From Cyanophora paradoxa CCMP329 (taxonomy: Eukaryota > Plantae > Glaucophyta): 64,000 nt of DNA. Below the pieces are notes generated by a model, which worked only from the letters and a program-made list of their open reading frames with translations, was not told the DNA's origin and did no database searches. Positions 24,531-36,700 of the stretch are shown here, one piece after another. The position numbers and the translations under genes are program-made. The DNA is taken from NCBI GenBank assembly GCA_004431415.1, contig QPMI01000180.1, positions 1-64,000 of the forward strand, read 5' to 3'. Position 1 is the stretch's first letter. Every line of letters starts with the position of its first letter.

Positions 24531-24800
24531 ACCTCACCCCCAAGCTGAAGGTGCCGGGGCCGCCCTTGGCCGTCACCCCACATTAAAGGTGCCGGCGGCG
24601 CCCTACCGGGTAGCTAAGGCCATGGCCTGCATCCCATGATGCATAGCTACTTGAGCTCGCGATCGCGCTCACGTGTGCTATGATCATGACTCTCTGTTCA
24701 CTTCGATTTGCAGGTCTAGCTTGCTTGCAGCTGCAGGCAAAACAAAGCAACGCAATTTTTCGAAGGACATTTACATATGCATTAATATTGAACATGGGGG

Positions 24801-27800
24801 TCATGATCCTGAGCTGATCATCCTCTCTACATCTAATTTTTCGTCCCATGACGATTTCGTGTCGTGGTGCTCCCAGCCGAGACATTCTTGTCGCACAGTG
24901 AAAGCAGTCTGCCAGAGCATGCACGTGCACGCACACGCTTGCAGGTCAGCTCTGCGATTGCCGGTACACCCTATAATTACCCCAAGTGAGCAGCGTACCT
25001 GGAACATTCTTGCAGCCTCGATGAGCTCCCCCCGATCGCGATACAGCTTCCCCAGCGAGTGCATAGTCGCGGCCTCCAGCGGCTTCGTCGCTCTCTTGAC
25101 CTCCAACGCCCGCTGCGCAGAACGGTCAGAAACGCATTGATGACGTCCTGGCATGCTCACGCTCAAGCGCACCTTGTAGAGGGGCAGCGCCTGGTCGTAC
25201 TCTCGTCGCTCGTGGTGCAGCGACGCCAGCCAGTGCAGCGCCTCCGCTGTGCTCGGGTGCTCGGGACCCTCCATCTTCTCCAAGATCGCGAGGGCCCGCT
25301 GCGCGGCCGGTTCAGTCCTCTGCAGCTGGTTTCGGATTCCCGTCTAGATTCCCATCCTGGCCATTGGCGGTCATGGGTCTAGAGCTTGGTCTTGGTCGCA
25401 CCGTGTGCAGAGGCAGTGCCGCCTCGTGATCCCCTTGCGCGCGATGCAGCCGCGCCAGGGACTGCAACGCCGCCGCCGTGCAGGGGTGCTCCGGACCTTG
25501 CAAGCGCTCTCTGATTGCTAGGGCTTGCTGCGGTTCGCGATCGGCGGTTGCAGTCATGATCACGATCGATTGCAAGCGCGTGCTCGTCGTCAATGCCAAT
25601 GACTACAAAATAAATTCGAACCTCGAAGAGCCGCAGTGCCGCTTGAAACTCGCCGCGTTCCTGGTGCAGCTTAGCCCAAGAGCCAAGAGTGTCCGCTGCA
25701 CTTGGCTTCTCGTGGCCGACGGCCGCCTCGAGGCCTCGACTGACAAGGGCTTGCTGCGCCCTCAAATCAACCATAGCAAGTCGCTGTGCAGGTGTACAAA
25801 GTCCAGTGCAGATCCCGAACCTGATGCAGCGACAGTGCGAGGTCCGGTTTTCCATTCGCTTGGTGAATAGATGCCAGTGCGTAAAGCGTGTCAGCCGTGC
25901 TGGGGTCGTTGGTTTTCTGCTTGATCGCGAGGGCCCGCTGCGTTCGACGATGCATAAGTCATGATCAACTGCAAGCCCCCAGGCCACAGCTCTCTAGATA
26001 TTGGTACAACTAGCCTAGTAGCTACCTCGTAGTATTCCAGCGCTGCAGAGTTGTCGTTGCCCTCTTGGTGCAACCGCGCCAGGTCGTCTAGCATTTTCGC
26101 GAGGCTCGGGTGATCCGATCCCAGCGATTGTTCCTTCATCGCAAGTGCACGCTGCGCAGGCAAAGTGTGCGCAACACGCCGGGTCATGCGTATGCGAGCG
26201 GGCGTGCCATTTCTGCACGGCCCTCGCGTGCACCTTCAGGAAACGGAGCCCTTGGGATCTGTAGCGCGTGTGCACCAGCACGCGCGCGGCGCGCTCGAGG
26301 TCGTCTGGCCTCGCTCTCTCGTCGTTAAGGTGCAGGGCGTCCGCGTACATCCCGACGGGCGTTATCTCAGTGCAGGCCTCGTCGTCCATGCGCCTCGGGA
26401 GCCCGGCGCGGTCCCAGAGCTCGGCGGCCTCCTTCGGGTCCAGCCAATCGAGGGCGTCGCGGGTGCACAGCGAGTCTGCCAACTCCTTCCACAGCTCGAC
26501 GGCGCCGAAGTGACGCGCAGGGTCTTCATAGAAGACGGTGTGGGCGTCCAAGAAGGCGAGCGCACGGCTGAAAGCCCATGGCGCCTCCTCGGCCCGCCGG
26601 ATCGAGTGCCTTCCCTGACGCTTTGCGAAAAGCCTGCCGAGCTCCCGGTGCGCCAGTCCGCGGCGGTGTGTGTTACGCATGTCGAACTCGAGCTCGGCGG
26701 CCTGCAAATGACGCAAGCGTCAGCCCTTCTGCGGTCCGTTTACGGGACGGAGCGTACTGGCCTCTGCAACACACAAATGACGGAACGAGAACAGTTGACC
26801 TGACAGAAAGTCAAGATGCGGCACGTGCACGCGGGTCTGTGTGAGAATTGTCACCTATATCTAAATCTCTTGCATCTTTGTGTACGCCGGCGTCTTTTGC
26901 GATTTGTTTTTGTCTGTCTGTGTCGCCTCTTCCGACGAGCAAAGGCAACAGTTCATACCAAAGAGCGTTCCAGGTGACCTGCATACGTATGCCAATCAAA
27001 GGTCTTCATGATCAGAGCTCGAGGGTGGATTTGTGAGGCTGCAGAACTGACCGCCGCCATTACTGGCATTCCTCGTCTCCAATCTCTGCCCAGCTTCAGC
27101 TGCTCATGTGCAAAGCTGCTGAGCTCTTCCTCCGACATGCCGTGCCGCGACAGTAGTATTGCTCGCGCCACTATCGCCACGGGGCTCTCCGACCCCTCGA
27201 GCTCGCTGATCTTGTAACGGGAGGCGAGGCGGCGGAAGATGGCGCGGAAAAGGTCCCGCGGGCTCTCGCACGCGAGGTACGTGTCGAGGGCGGCGTCGAG
27301 CGTCGCGTGCACCGCAATGGCGGAGAGCTCCTCCAGCAGCGTACGCAGGAAGAGGCTGCGTCCGGCGTGCGTCATAATCAGGTGCGAGAGGGGCGAACGC
27401 AGGCAGAACTCGGCTCACGGAGAGGCGGACGCCTTCGCTGCAACGACGCGCGCAAGGCGGTCCTCGCTGAGGGTCCTCCCTTGCTCCTGCAGCACCCGCA
27501 ATGCGAGCTCTCTCCGCCTCTCCTCGCTGAGAGGCACCAGCTCGCGGGTTGCGACATGAGGCAACCTTTGCGCTGCTTTCACAACAGGCCCTGCCGCGCC
27601 TATCTCATGATCAGCTCACGAGCCGGGAATCAAACGGTAAGGTGCAGAGAGGGCGGACCAGAGACACACGAAAGGACGATTCGCAACAGTGGGCCGACGG
27701 CATCCGGAAGCCACGCCAGGGACTGGACAGCGAACGGCCCCTGCAGCAGGTCGAGCCCGTCGAGCACGATGACGACCCGCCCAGGCCACTTCTGAGAACT

Positions 27801-29988
27801 CGAACCGAGCCATTGCCGAAGGCTGCAGACCACATCTATGACCTCCCCGCTGCAGTCGAGGTTCTCCGCGTCAGGCCAGCGCTGCTTTACCTCCTCTCCG
27901 ATCCGCCTGCGCGGCCTAAGCTTTCGGATAGGAAAAAGGCGACCGCTCTTTGAAAGATGCAAAGGCGTGCCGTGCGATAACTGAGAGGGCGGAGCTGTCC
28001 TGCGTAGCTCCGATGAAGTGCGTGATGGTCAGGTCTTCGGGATGCCCGTCGGCCCAATGCGCCGCCCAGTTCGCCAGAAGCGCTGAGCGGAGGCACGATC
28101 AGTTTTATAAGCGAGTTCATTGAAGACACGCACAGCTCTTGCCCGAGCCGTCCTCGCCGTGCAGCACGAAGATATCTTCGCCGCTGCCGCCTGCATACTC
28201 GTCGAGAGCGACGAAGTCGGGCGGGTCGCCTGCAAACACCCGCTCAAGGACAGCGCCGAACGCCGAGTGTGCCCGCTGCTGCCTCCGCAACCACGCTCGA
28301 TCTCTGCCCATCGGATAATCGAGCTCGACCATCTGCGAATTAGAGCCGAGTTCAACGCCGACGTCAGCTCTAGAGTTAGAGGAACTCCAAGAAAATGAGA
28401 GAATTGACCTTGGACAGAACGTCGAGCATCACCATTCCAACCTGGAGCGGCTCGTGGTAGCGGCTCACAAGGAAACCGGAGCGGCGGAGCTCGTTCTTCA
28501 GCTCCTCCAGTCTTTGCGACGCGTACGGGCCTTCCTTCGCGTCGGGTCTCACATCGTCGGCAAAGAAGAACAGCGTCCTGCCGCGAGCGGCCTGGACACG
28601 TGCAGCATGCGCGTGAGTGAATCCAGTTTCCAAAAGTGAGATACGGGTCGGTCGAAAATTCGAATTACCTCTGGGTCGCGAAGTGTTCCCGCTCGAATTT
28701 CTGCACGCCATTCGGCCAGCTTATTAGTAAGTTAAAAACGTTCGAATTCAAGCTCAAAGCGAGCATAAAATTGATTTCACAGCAGCACACCGATTTCAGT
28801 GACCGAGCGGTCTGCCCACTCTCGCACCCACGGAAAATCATTGGCGGCCACATCCAGGTTTCTGCACGTGCATAATCATGAGTCTCGCTTCAGATGGCGG
28901 GACGGAATGGAATCGTGCGCACTGGCGGAAGAGGGCGTTGCTCTCGTCTTGCTCGGGCGCGGAGGGATTCACATGCCATCCATAGCGACCTGAGGGGAGT
29001 GAGCGCTGGGGCGCGCTTCGGCATGCAAAAATAAACTGGACGAAAGCACCTTTGAGGAGTCCAACGAAGTAGTTGCTTCGTTCCACCTCTCGCAGGCACA
29101 GCCGAACAACCTGCGTAAGCAGGCCGGGTCTATCGGTTGGGGATTGGGGCCTGGAGGCCGGCCGTGCGCTCGAGCTCAAAGATTCGGCCAAGCATATGCC
29201 TAGGCGCACCTGGCCACTGGCGACCTCGTCATCGCGGATACCCCAGCGGAGGTCGCCGATGTGGAGGAAGAGGCCGCGCGCCGCGCAGAGGGCCCGCAGG
29301 CGGGGGTACACGCATGCACGGATCTCGTCCCTCTCATCGGCCATATCCTCTGCAAGCAATGATCATGCCACGATCAGGGAAGTTAGCTATAGGCCAGGGT
29401 TTGTGAAGGCTAGGGGAGTTATAATAGGCCCCGAGGGCGGGGAGGAGGGGCGGGGGGGGGGGGGGGGGGGGAATAAGAAGGCAAGAACAGGGCCGGGGAC
29501 TGGAATATTGACGGGAGTCCGGGATGGGAGGTCGAAGGTGGCCATGGGGCCTGCAGCTGGGCGCTGCTAGCGCTGTACGCGCAGCGTCTAATAGTCTCCG
29601 ATCACGGAAGGAGGAGGCGACGGATCGGGCGAGGAGCCAAGGGCGGTAGCCGCGAGGACGCACGGAATGTCGAAGAGACGAAGACGCGGAGCGTGCGGTT
29701 GCGAGATCCAGCGTCCGCGCTGGGGGCGTGGGCGGCTAGCGCTAGCGCTGCGCGGTCTCGCGATCGGAGAACAGCTTCGCAGGCGCGCTTGAACTCCTCC
29801 GCGTCTCCGGCCTTTTGGAACCCGAGCATTCCCTCATGGAGTCGAATATCGTCAGCACGACGCTGGCCCGGATCGACTGCCCGCGCCGGCCGCCCCGCAT
29901 CTGGCTCAAGCTTAGCCGCGGCGCCGGCCGGTACAGCTGTGCCCACCCCGAGCTCCGTCGAGGTCGGGCGCGAGGGGCGGCAGCCCAT
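24801..29988 (-). CDS. N-acylated STAND protein: DUF4062 + NACHT-like P-loop NTPase + TPR array (NPHP3/NLR-like architecture)
   Basis: Start MGCRPS; DUF4062 motifs RVFVSSTFQDMADERD, DLRWGI, CLREVERSNYFVGLLKGRYGW, SVTEIEI; Walker A VLHGEDGSGKS; Walker B VVIVLDGLD; GMSEEEL; six kinesin-light-chain-type TPRs (e.g. RALAILEKMEGPEHPSTAEALHWLASLH); last exon ends ISSGS* at 24801. Confidence 0.88.
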
Positions 29989-30491
29989 GTACCGCGGGCC
30001 GCAAATGGAAACTCCGATCCGCGCGCGCCGCGGCCGGCGCTATATATATCGATATCAGCTGCTCGACCGGCTGCACGGCGCCGGCCCGCGCGCGCGCGTG
30101 CGACTGCGACCGCTGGCGACCGCGGCCGGTATACGTATACGTACCGCTGCGCAACTGACGTCGACGCTCAACAGCTATAGCTAGCTTCACTAGTACTGCA
30201 GCAATCTGAAGCACGCTATCGATCGACTCGGCGTCGGGTGGGCGACTGCGCCAGGATTCGCTGCTGTGGTCTGTGACGTGGACGCGCACGTCCGACGCGT
30301 ACGGTCGACGTCGATCCTGTGGTCTGTGGCGCACGTCGACTGCTGGATGGATCGAAGCTGGCTGCCTCAGCGAGGATGTGGCCACTGGCCAGCTGCTCGC
30401 CTGCCACGCGTACACGCTGACGTCGACGTCAACGCCGTGTAGCAAGCTAAGTGTACGTATACCCCTCAAACGACCCCCCCCCCTCCACTTG

Positions 30492-30521
30492 CTCTCTCTC
30501 TCTCTCTAGATCTCTCTCTCT
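30492..30521 (+). repeat. (CT)n microsatellite interrupted by AGAT
   Basis: ctctctctctctctctagatctctctctctc. Confidence 0.8.
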
Positions 30522-30772
30522 CCCCCACTGCAGAGCCCGTGCATATGCACGCGCACAGCAGGCAAGGCAGTTCGACTGCAGTTACCGACGTCGGCCGGGG
30601 CGCCAGTCCTCATCGAGGCAGTCGGCCTCATTAACACCGAAGACCGCGTCCCCTTGAACGAGCGGCGGGATCAAGTCCGAGCAACGGCAATGGCAACGCG
30701 AGAGAGCTTCAAAAAGAGGGCCCGGCGCGGGCCGGGGCTTCAAAAAGTACAGGGGGGCGGGGGAGCGGGGCC

Positions 30773-33700
30773 CTAGAGGCGGGAGAGGTAGGGGACGTCG
30801 GGGAAGAGGAGGGCCAGCGTCCGCGCGAAGGAGCCCCTGCGCCCCGCGCCCCGCGCCCCGCCGGCGTCAGAGCGCCGCGAGGGGAGGGCGGGGCGGGGGG
30901 CGGGGGGCGGGGACCGGTCGGAGAGGGCGGAGAAGACGGACTCGAGCTCGCCGAAGAAGGCGCGGAAGGCGTGGGCGTGCCCCGCGTACGGCTCCCGCCC
31001 CTGCATCGCGACCATCTCGTCCAGCTGCCCCGCCAGCTCCCGGGAGAGGCGGCCGCGGGCGGGGCCGGGGCGCTCGGTGCCGGTGCCGGGGCCGGCGTGG
31101 TGGCGCTTGCGGAAGAGGGTGTGGTGGAGGTAGAGGCGGAGGGCGCGGGCCGCCAGCCGCACCCGCATCTGCAGCTCCACCTCGTCCCCAAGCTGCCCCC
31201 GCCCCCGTCACCCCGCGCCGGCGCGGCGGGCCGGCGGGGCGCGGGGCGCGGGGCGGGCCTGGAGTCCGAACATGGGCCGCCGCGCCTGCGCCAGGGCCGC
31301 GTTGATGAGGCCCCCCGCCGTCGCCGCCCCCTGCCGGCCGGCCTCAGCGACGCTCAACGCAGAGCGGAGGAACGGGGCCGGGGCGGGGCGGGGCGGGGCG
31401 GGGCGGACGGGTTGGAGGCGGGGCGGGAGTCGGCGACGGCGAGGTAGGCGCGGGCGACGAGGTTCTTGAGGGCCGCGTCGGGGGCCCCCGGGGCGGCCTC
31501 CCCGGCGAGCTCCGCGAGCCCGGCGTCGAGCTCGTCCACCAGCCGCGCCGTCGCCGAGCCGCCCTCCACCTCCCACCGCCCGTCCCCGAAGAGCTGCAGC
31601 AGCCACAGCCACAGGAAGAGCCTGCGCCCCGCAGTCGGCCCGCGCGGGGCGGGGCGGGGCGGGGCGGGGCGGGCGGGGCGGACAGGTCGAAGGGGCGGCG
31701 GGCGTCGGCGGTGAAGTAGGAGATGCACTCGGCGAGGGCGACGGCGCGCTCCGCCCACTCCCCGGCCCCCACACCCTCCATCCCCCGCCTGCCCCGCACC
31801 AGGCGTCGGCGCGGGACGGAGGGAGGGCGGCGGGGCGCGGGGGCGGGGGCGGGCGGACCGCTGGCGCTCGCAGAGGACGAGGGCGAGGAGGCAGCAGCGG
31901 CGCTCGCGGCAGACGTCCATCAGCAGCCGCCAGACGAGTCCGGCGCCCATCGCCCCCGCCCCGCCGGCCGCCCCGCCGCCTGGCGCCCCCCGCGGCGCCG
32001 GGGCCGGCCCCGCCGGCGCGCTTGACGGTGGAGCGGGAGGCGCCCGGGCGGGCTGGGAGCCGGGCCAGCCGGGGCGGAGGCGGAGGCGGAGCCCGAGGCG
32101 TCCGCCTCGTCGTCGCTGCTCTCCCCGGCCCCGCCCCCGCCGCCCCGCCGCCCGCCGCCGCGGCCGCCGCCGCGCGGGGGTCCCTGCGCGAAGCTCGCGG
32201 GAGGGCGAGGGCCGCCGCCGCCTGCCCGACGAGGTCGTGGCGGGCGCCGTCGAGCCCCGCGGCGGGGCGTGCGCGAAGAAGCCGCGCAGCGTGTGCTCGA
32301 GGAGGAGGGCGGCGGCCCGCGGGTCGGTGACGCCCCGGGGGATGAGGGCGAGCATCTCGAGGGCGAGCGGCGCCGACGCGATCCCCGCGCAGAAGCGCTG
32401 CACCGCCGCCGCCACCGCGCCCGAGCCCGACGCCGGCGGCTCGGGCGCCGCGGCGCTGAGCGCGCTGCGCGGGCGGGCGGCGTGAGGGGCGCAGCAAAGG
32501 AAGCGTGGGCGGGGCGGACGCGTAGAGCTCCTCGTCGGAGGAGATGGCGGCGAAGTCGGGCGTCCCGTCGCTCCGCACGTACACCGGCGGCGCCGGCCGC
32601 TCCTCCCGCTCGCCCCGGCGCCCCGACGGGATCGAGAACGCCACCGTCGCCTGCCCCCGCCCACGCCTCAGCGCGGAGGCGGCGGGGCGGGGGCGGGGGC
32701 GGGGGCGAGAAGGCGGCGCGCCGGCTCGGGGAGGGCGGCGGGGTCGGCGGCGGCGAGGAGGTGGTGGACGAGGAGGGCGGCGTCCGAGGGCGGGTGCGGC
32801 GGCTCCGCGAAGCGCTCGCAGAGGGGCACGAGGACCTCCGCCACCAGCCGCTCCCGCGCCGGCACGCGCCACACGAGGTCCGAGAGCGCCGGGCCCGCCG
32901 TCCCCGCCACCGCGTTCTCCGCGTGGATCGCCGGCTGCACGATCTGCCGCCGCGCGAGGCTCGGCGATGCGCGGCGTGCGGGGCGGGGTGGGGTGGGCGA
33001 CGGGCGGGCGGACCCAGGACTGGTTGGCGGAGCGGAGGGAGAAGCGGACGAGGGCGGAGGCTTCGCGGGCGGCGGCGAGGGCCGCCTGCGCGCAGCGCCC
33101 GCGCTTCAGGGCGATGCCGTAGAGCGTCTTCGCTGCCTCCAGCAGCGCCGCCCCCGCGTCCGGCGTCGCCAGCGCCCGCATGATCCCCTCCCCGCCCCGC
33201 TGCAAGGGCCCCCGCGTCAACGGCGCCGGCCGGCGGGGCGGGGCGGGCCGGGCGGGAGGGGCGGGCGGGGTGGCGGACAAGGACGATGGAGGAGAGGGCG
33301 GTGCCGTCGAAGTAGGCGCAGAGGCGGGAGGCGTCGAGGCGGTCCCACACCGAGGCGCCCTCGTCCAGGCTCCGCCGCACCAGCGCCCCGACCCGCATGC
33401 TGAGCTCCCGCCGCCGCAGCAGCCGCAGCGAGAAGAAGAGGCGGAGGAAGAGCAGCAGCGCCTCGTCCCGCGGCTCCGCGTCTGCGGCGCCGCAGGGGCG
33501 TCGGATGCGGGGGCGAGAGCGAAGGGGCGAAAGCGAAGGGGCGAGGACCGTCGGGGGCGAGGAGGGGCTCCCAGGGGAGGGCGTTGAAGAGCTCGCAGGC
33601 GACGAGGTCCATCGAGGGGAGCGCCTCCCACAGCGCCCGCAGCGCCGCGCCCCCGGGGGCCACGTGGAAGCGCGCCCCGCCCCACTCCACCCCCCGCACG

Positions 33701-36700
33701 TGCTGCCGCACGCTGCTCCACGCTGCGCCCCCGCCCCCGAGGTCAGTCAGCTGCGAGAGAGGAGGAGGGGGCGGGAGGCGGGGACCGTGGACGGGGGCGC
33801 CGGCGGAGCAGAGCGGGGGCATGGCGTCGAGGTAGAGCTCGTAGAGGGAGTCCACGAGGGCGGGGACCTTCTCCGCGAGCTTGGCGACGAGCTCGAGGCC
33901 GCGGCAGAGGGTCGACTCCTGCAGGAAGCGCTGCGAGGCGCTCCCCGCCGAGCGCAGGCTCCGCTCCGAGGGGCCCGCCCCCTCCCCCTCGCCCTCCCCG
34001 CCGGCGGCGTCGCCCTCGGCCTCGCCGCTCGTGTCGCCCGAGCCGTGCGCGGTGACGCCGAGGAGGTAGCTGGGGGAGGGCCGCCCCCGCCGCGCCCGCT
34101 CGCGCGAAGCGGCGCCCTCGGCGGCGCAGGGGCGCAGGAAGGCGGCGAAGAGGCGCTTGACGGCCGGCCAGACGGCGCGGGGCGGGGCGGGGCCGGAGCC
34201 CGGGGCCGGCGGCTGGAGCTCGGCGGCGAGGGCGGCGAGCAGGGCGGGGCAGCCGAGGGTGAGGGCCGCCACGAGGGGCACGAGGGCCCCTCGTCGTCCG
34301 GGAGCGGCAGGTGGCGGGCGAGGGCGTCGACCGCCGCGACGGCGCTCGCCGCGTCCAGCGACTCGAGCGGCAGCGACGTGAACCAGACGGCCCAGGAGGC
34401 CGGGAGGCGCCCCGCGCGGGCGCCCGAGGCGGCGGCGGCGAGGGCCTCGGGGAGGCCGGCGGGGAAGGAGAGGGCGGCGAGGCGGCGGAGGAAGGCGCCG
34501 CCGGTCTCGGCGAGGCGGCGGCGGGCGAGGCAGCGGTGGGCGACGCGGCGGAGGCGGCGGAGCTCGGCGGCGAGGGCGGCGGGGCGAGGCGCGGGGCCTC
34601 CGCGGCGAGGGCGTCCATGTAGCGGTCGGCGTCGAAGGCGCGCGCCGCCGACTCGAGCGCCGCGGGGCCCAGCGCCCCCGCCCGCCGCGCCAGCCCCGAG
34701 AGCATCCCCAGGTACTCCCGCGCCCCGCCCGGGGGCCTCCAGCAGCGAGCTGGGGTCCAGCACCTGCCCGACCCACTCGCCCCGGCCCCGCCGCCGCCCC
34801 GCAGCGGCGTCCCCGGCGCCGCCGGCGGCGCCACGGAGCGCGACGAGGCCGTGAGCGGCATCGGCGTCCCGGGGGCCGAGGGCGGGCCGGCCCCATGGCC
34901 GCCCGGCGAGGGCGAGGGCGGGAGCGTGCCCGGCTGCTGGGGCGACTTGCCCGGGGTGCCGGGCTCGCCGCGCGAGGCGCGCTCGGCGGCGGGGCGGCGG
35001 CGGCTGGCGCGGAGGAGGGCGGCGAGGAGGCGGTGCTGGGAGGGGGCGTGCCCGCGGACGGCGCGGGCGCCGAGGTCGCGCATGGAGGCGCCCAGCGCCT
35101 CGCGCACCGCCCGGAGCGCCGCGGGGAGGCCGGCCTCCGCCGCCGCCGGCAGCACCGCGAAGAAGAGCGCCCGCGCCCGCGCCACCGCGCCCCCTCGCCG
35201 CCGCCCGCCCCGCCGCCGCCGCCGGGCCGGGCGGGGCCGGCGTCGAGGCCGAGGAGGTCCTCCGAGGGGCTGGCGGCGCCCGGGGCCGGCAGGGCGGCGA
35301 GGAGGGTGCGGACGGCGCCGGCGAGGGCGAGAGAGGCGCGGGCGAGGGCCTGCCCCGCCTCCAGCAGGGACAGCAGGTGCTGCTGGTAGAGCTCCCGGTT
35401 CGAGCGCAGCAGGTCGCTGCCGCCCGCCCGCCCCGCATCAGAGCCGGCGGGGCGGGGCGGGGCGGGGCGGGCGGGGCGGGGCGACTGGGCGGACATGACG
35501 GGGGTGAGCTCGGGGGCGTGGAGGGAGCCGTGGGCGACGGTGGACTCCTGGACGGAGAGGACCGCCGGGCTGCACTCCTCGCTCTCCAGGCACCGCACCG
35601 ACACCGTGAACCACGCCGCCGCGTTGCTGTACATCTGCCGGCTGAACAGCAGCATCGACTCGTCCGTTTTCTGCCCCCCCGCCCGCCCCCTCAGCGCCGC
35701 CGCCGCCGCCGCCGGATCGAGGACGGGAGGGCGGGCGGGCTCGGGCGGGGCGGGCGGGAGGGCGCACGAGGAGCTGGCCGCACTGGGCGTGGTAGTGGGC
35801 GAGGGCCTTGCGCATCGTGGCGACGACGGGGAGCAGGGGCCCCCGCCCGCGCCCCGCCCCCGCCTCCTCCTCCTCCGTCTCCGCCGAGGTCGCCTCGCCC
35901 GAGGAGGACGAGGAGCCCGCCCCGGCCCCGGCCCCCGCCTTCTCCTCGGGCCCGTCCCCGTCGCCCAGGTCCAGCAGGTCCACCAGCGCCGCCGGGGCCG
36001 ACCCCTCCTCCCTGCCCGCCCGCTGCTGCCGCGCCCGCCGCCGCGCCCGCCGCCGCCGCTCCCGCTCCGCCGAGGCGCCGGCGTCGTCGTCGGGCCGGCG
36101 GCGTGGGCGGAGGCGGCGGCGAGGGCGTCGAGGGCGGCGAGCGTCGCGGCGCGCTCGGCCTCGATCTGGGCGACGGCGTCCAGGTCCCCCTCGATGTCCT
36201 GCTCCCGCGCGAACCGCGGCGCCGGCACGAGCAGCGGCGCCCGCCCCGCGTGCATCTCCCGCCGCAGGTTCGGAATCCGCGCCGAAGTCGTCGGCGGCAG
36301 CGCCGAGTTGCGCCCCGAGCGCCGCGGCACGCTGTCCACCGACCGCTGCGACGCGCTCGCCGCCTGCCCCCGCCTCAGCGCGGCAACGAGGCGGGGCGGG
36401 GCGGGGCGGGGCGGGGCGGGGCGGGCCTGGTCCTCGTCGCGGAGGGCGGAGAGGCGGCACGGGTGCCGCGACTGCAGCTTGTCCATGTAGAGGGTCACCC
36501 CGCCCCCGACCAGGAAGCGGCCCTTGCCCCTGCCCCGCCCCCCGCGTCGGCTCCGGCGGGGCCGGCGCCTCCGGCGGGGGCGGGGCGGGGCGGACGGGAG
36601 GAGCTCGGAGGTGTAGCGGGTGAAGGCCCAGTAGAGGCCGGAGAGCTGGCGGTCGTGCTGCTCGAGGACCTCGGCCATCTCCTTGAAGTGCTCCGTGTCC

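Noticed and set aside
24999-26151. Regularly spaced repeats as a possible CRISPR array
   Set aside because: They are protein-coding TPR exons with introns in a eukaryotic gene; there are no identical direct repeats and no cas genes.
29912-30469. 185-aa ORF upstream of the STAND gene
   Set aside because: It lacks an ATG start and runs through palindrome-chain non-coding sequence with no protein-like features.
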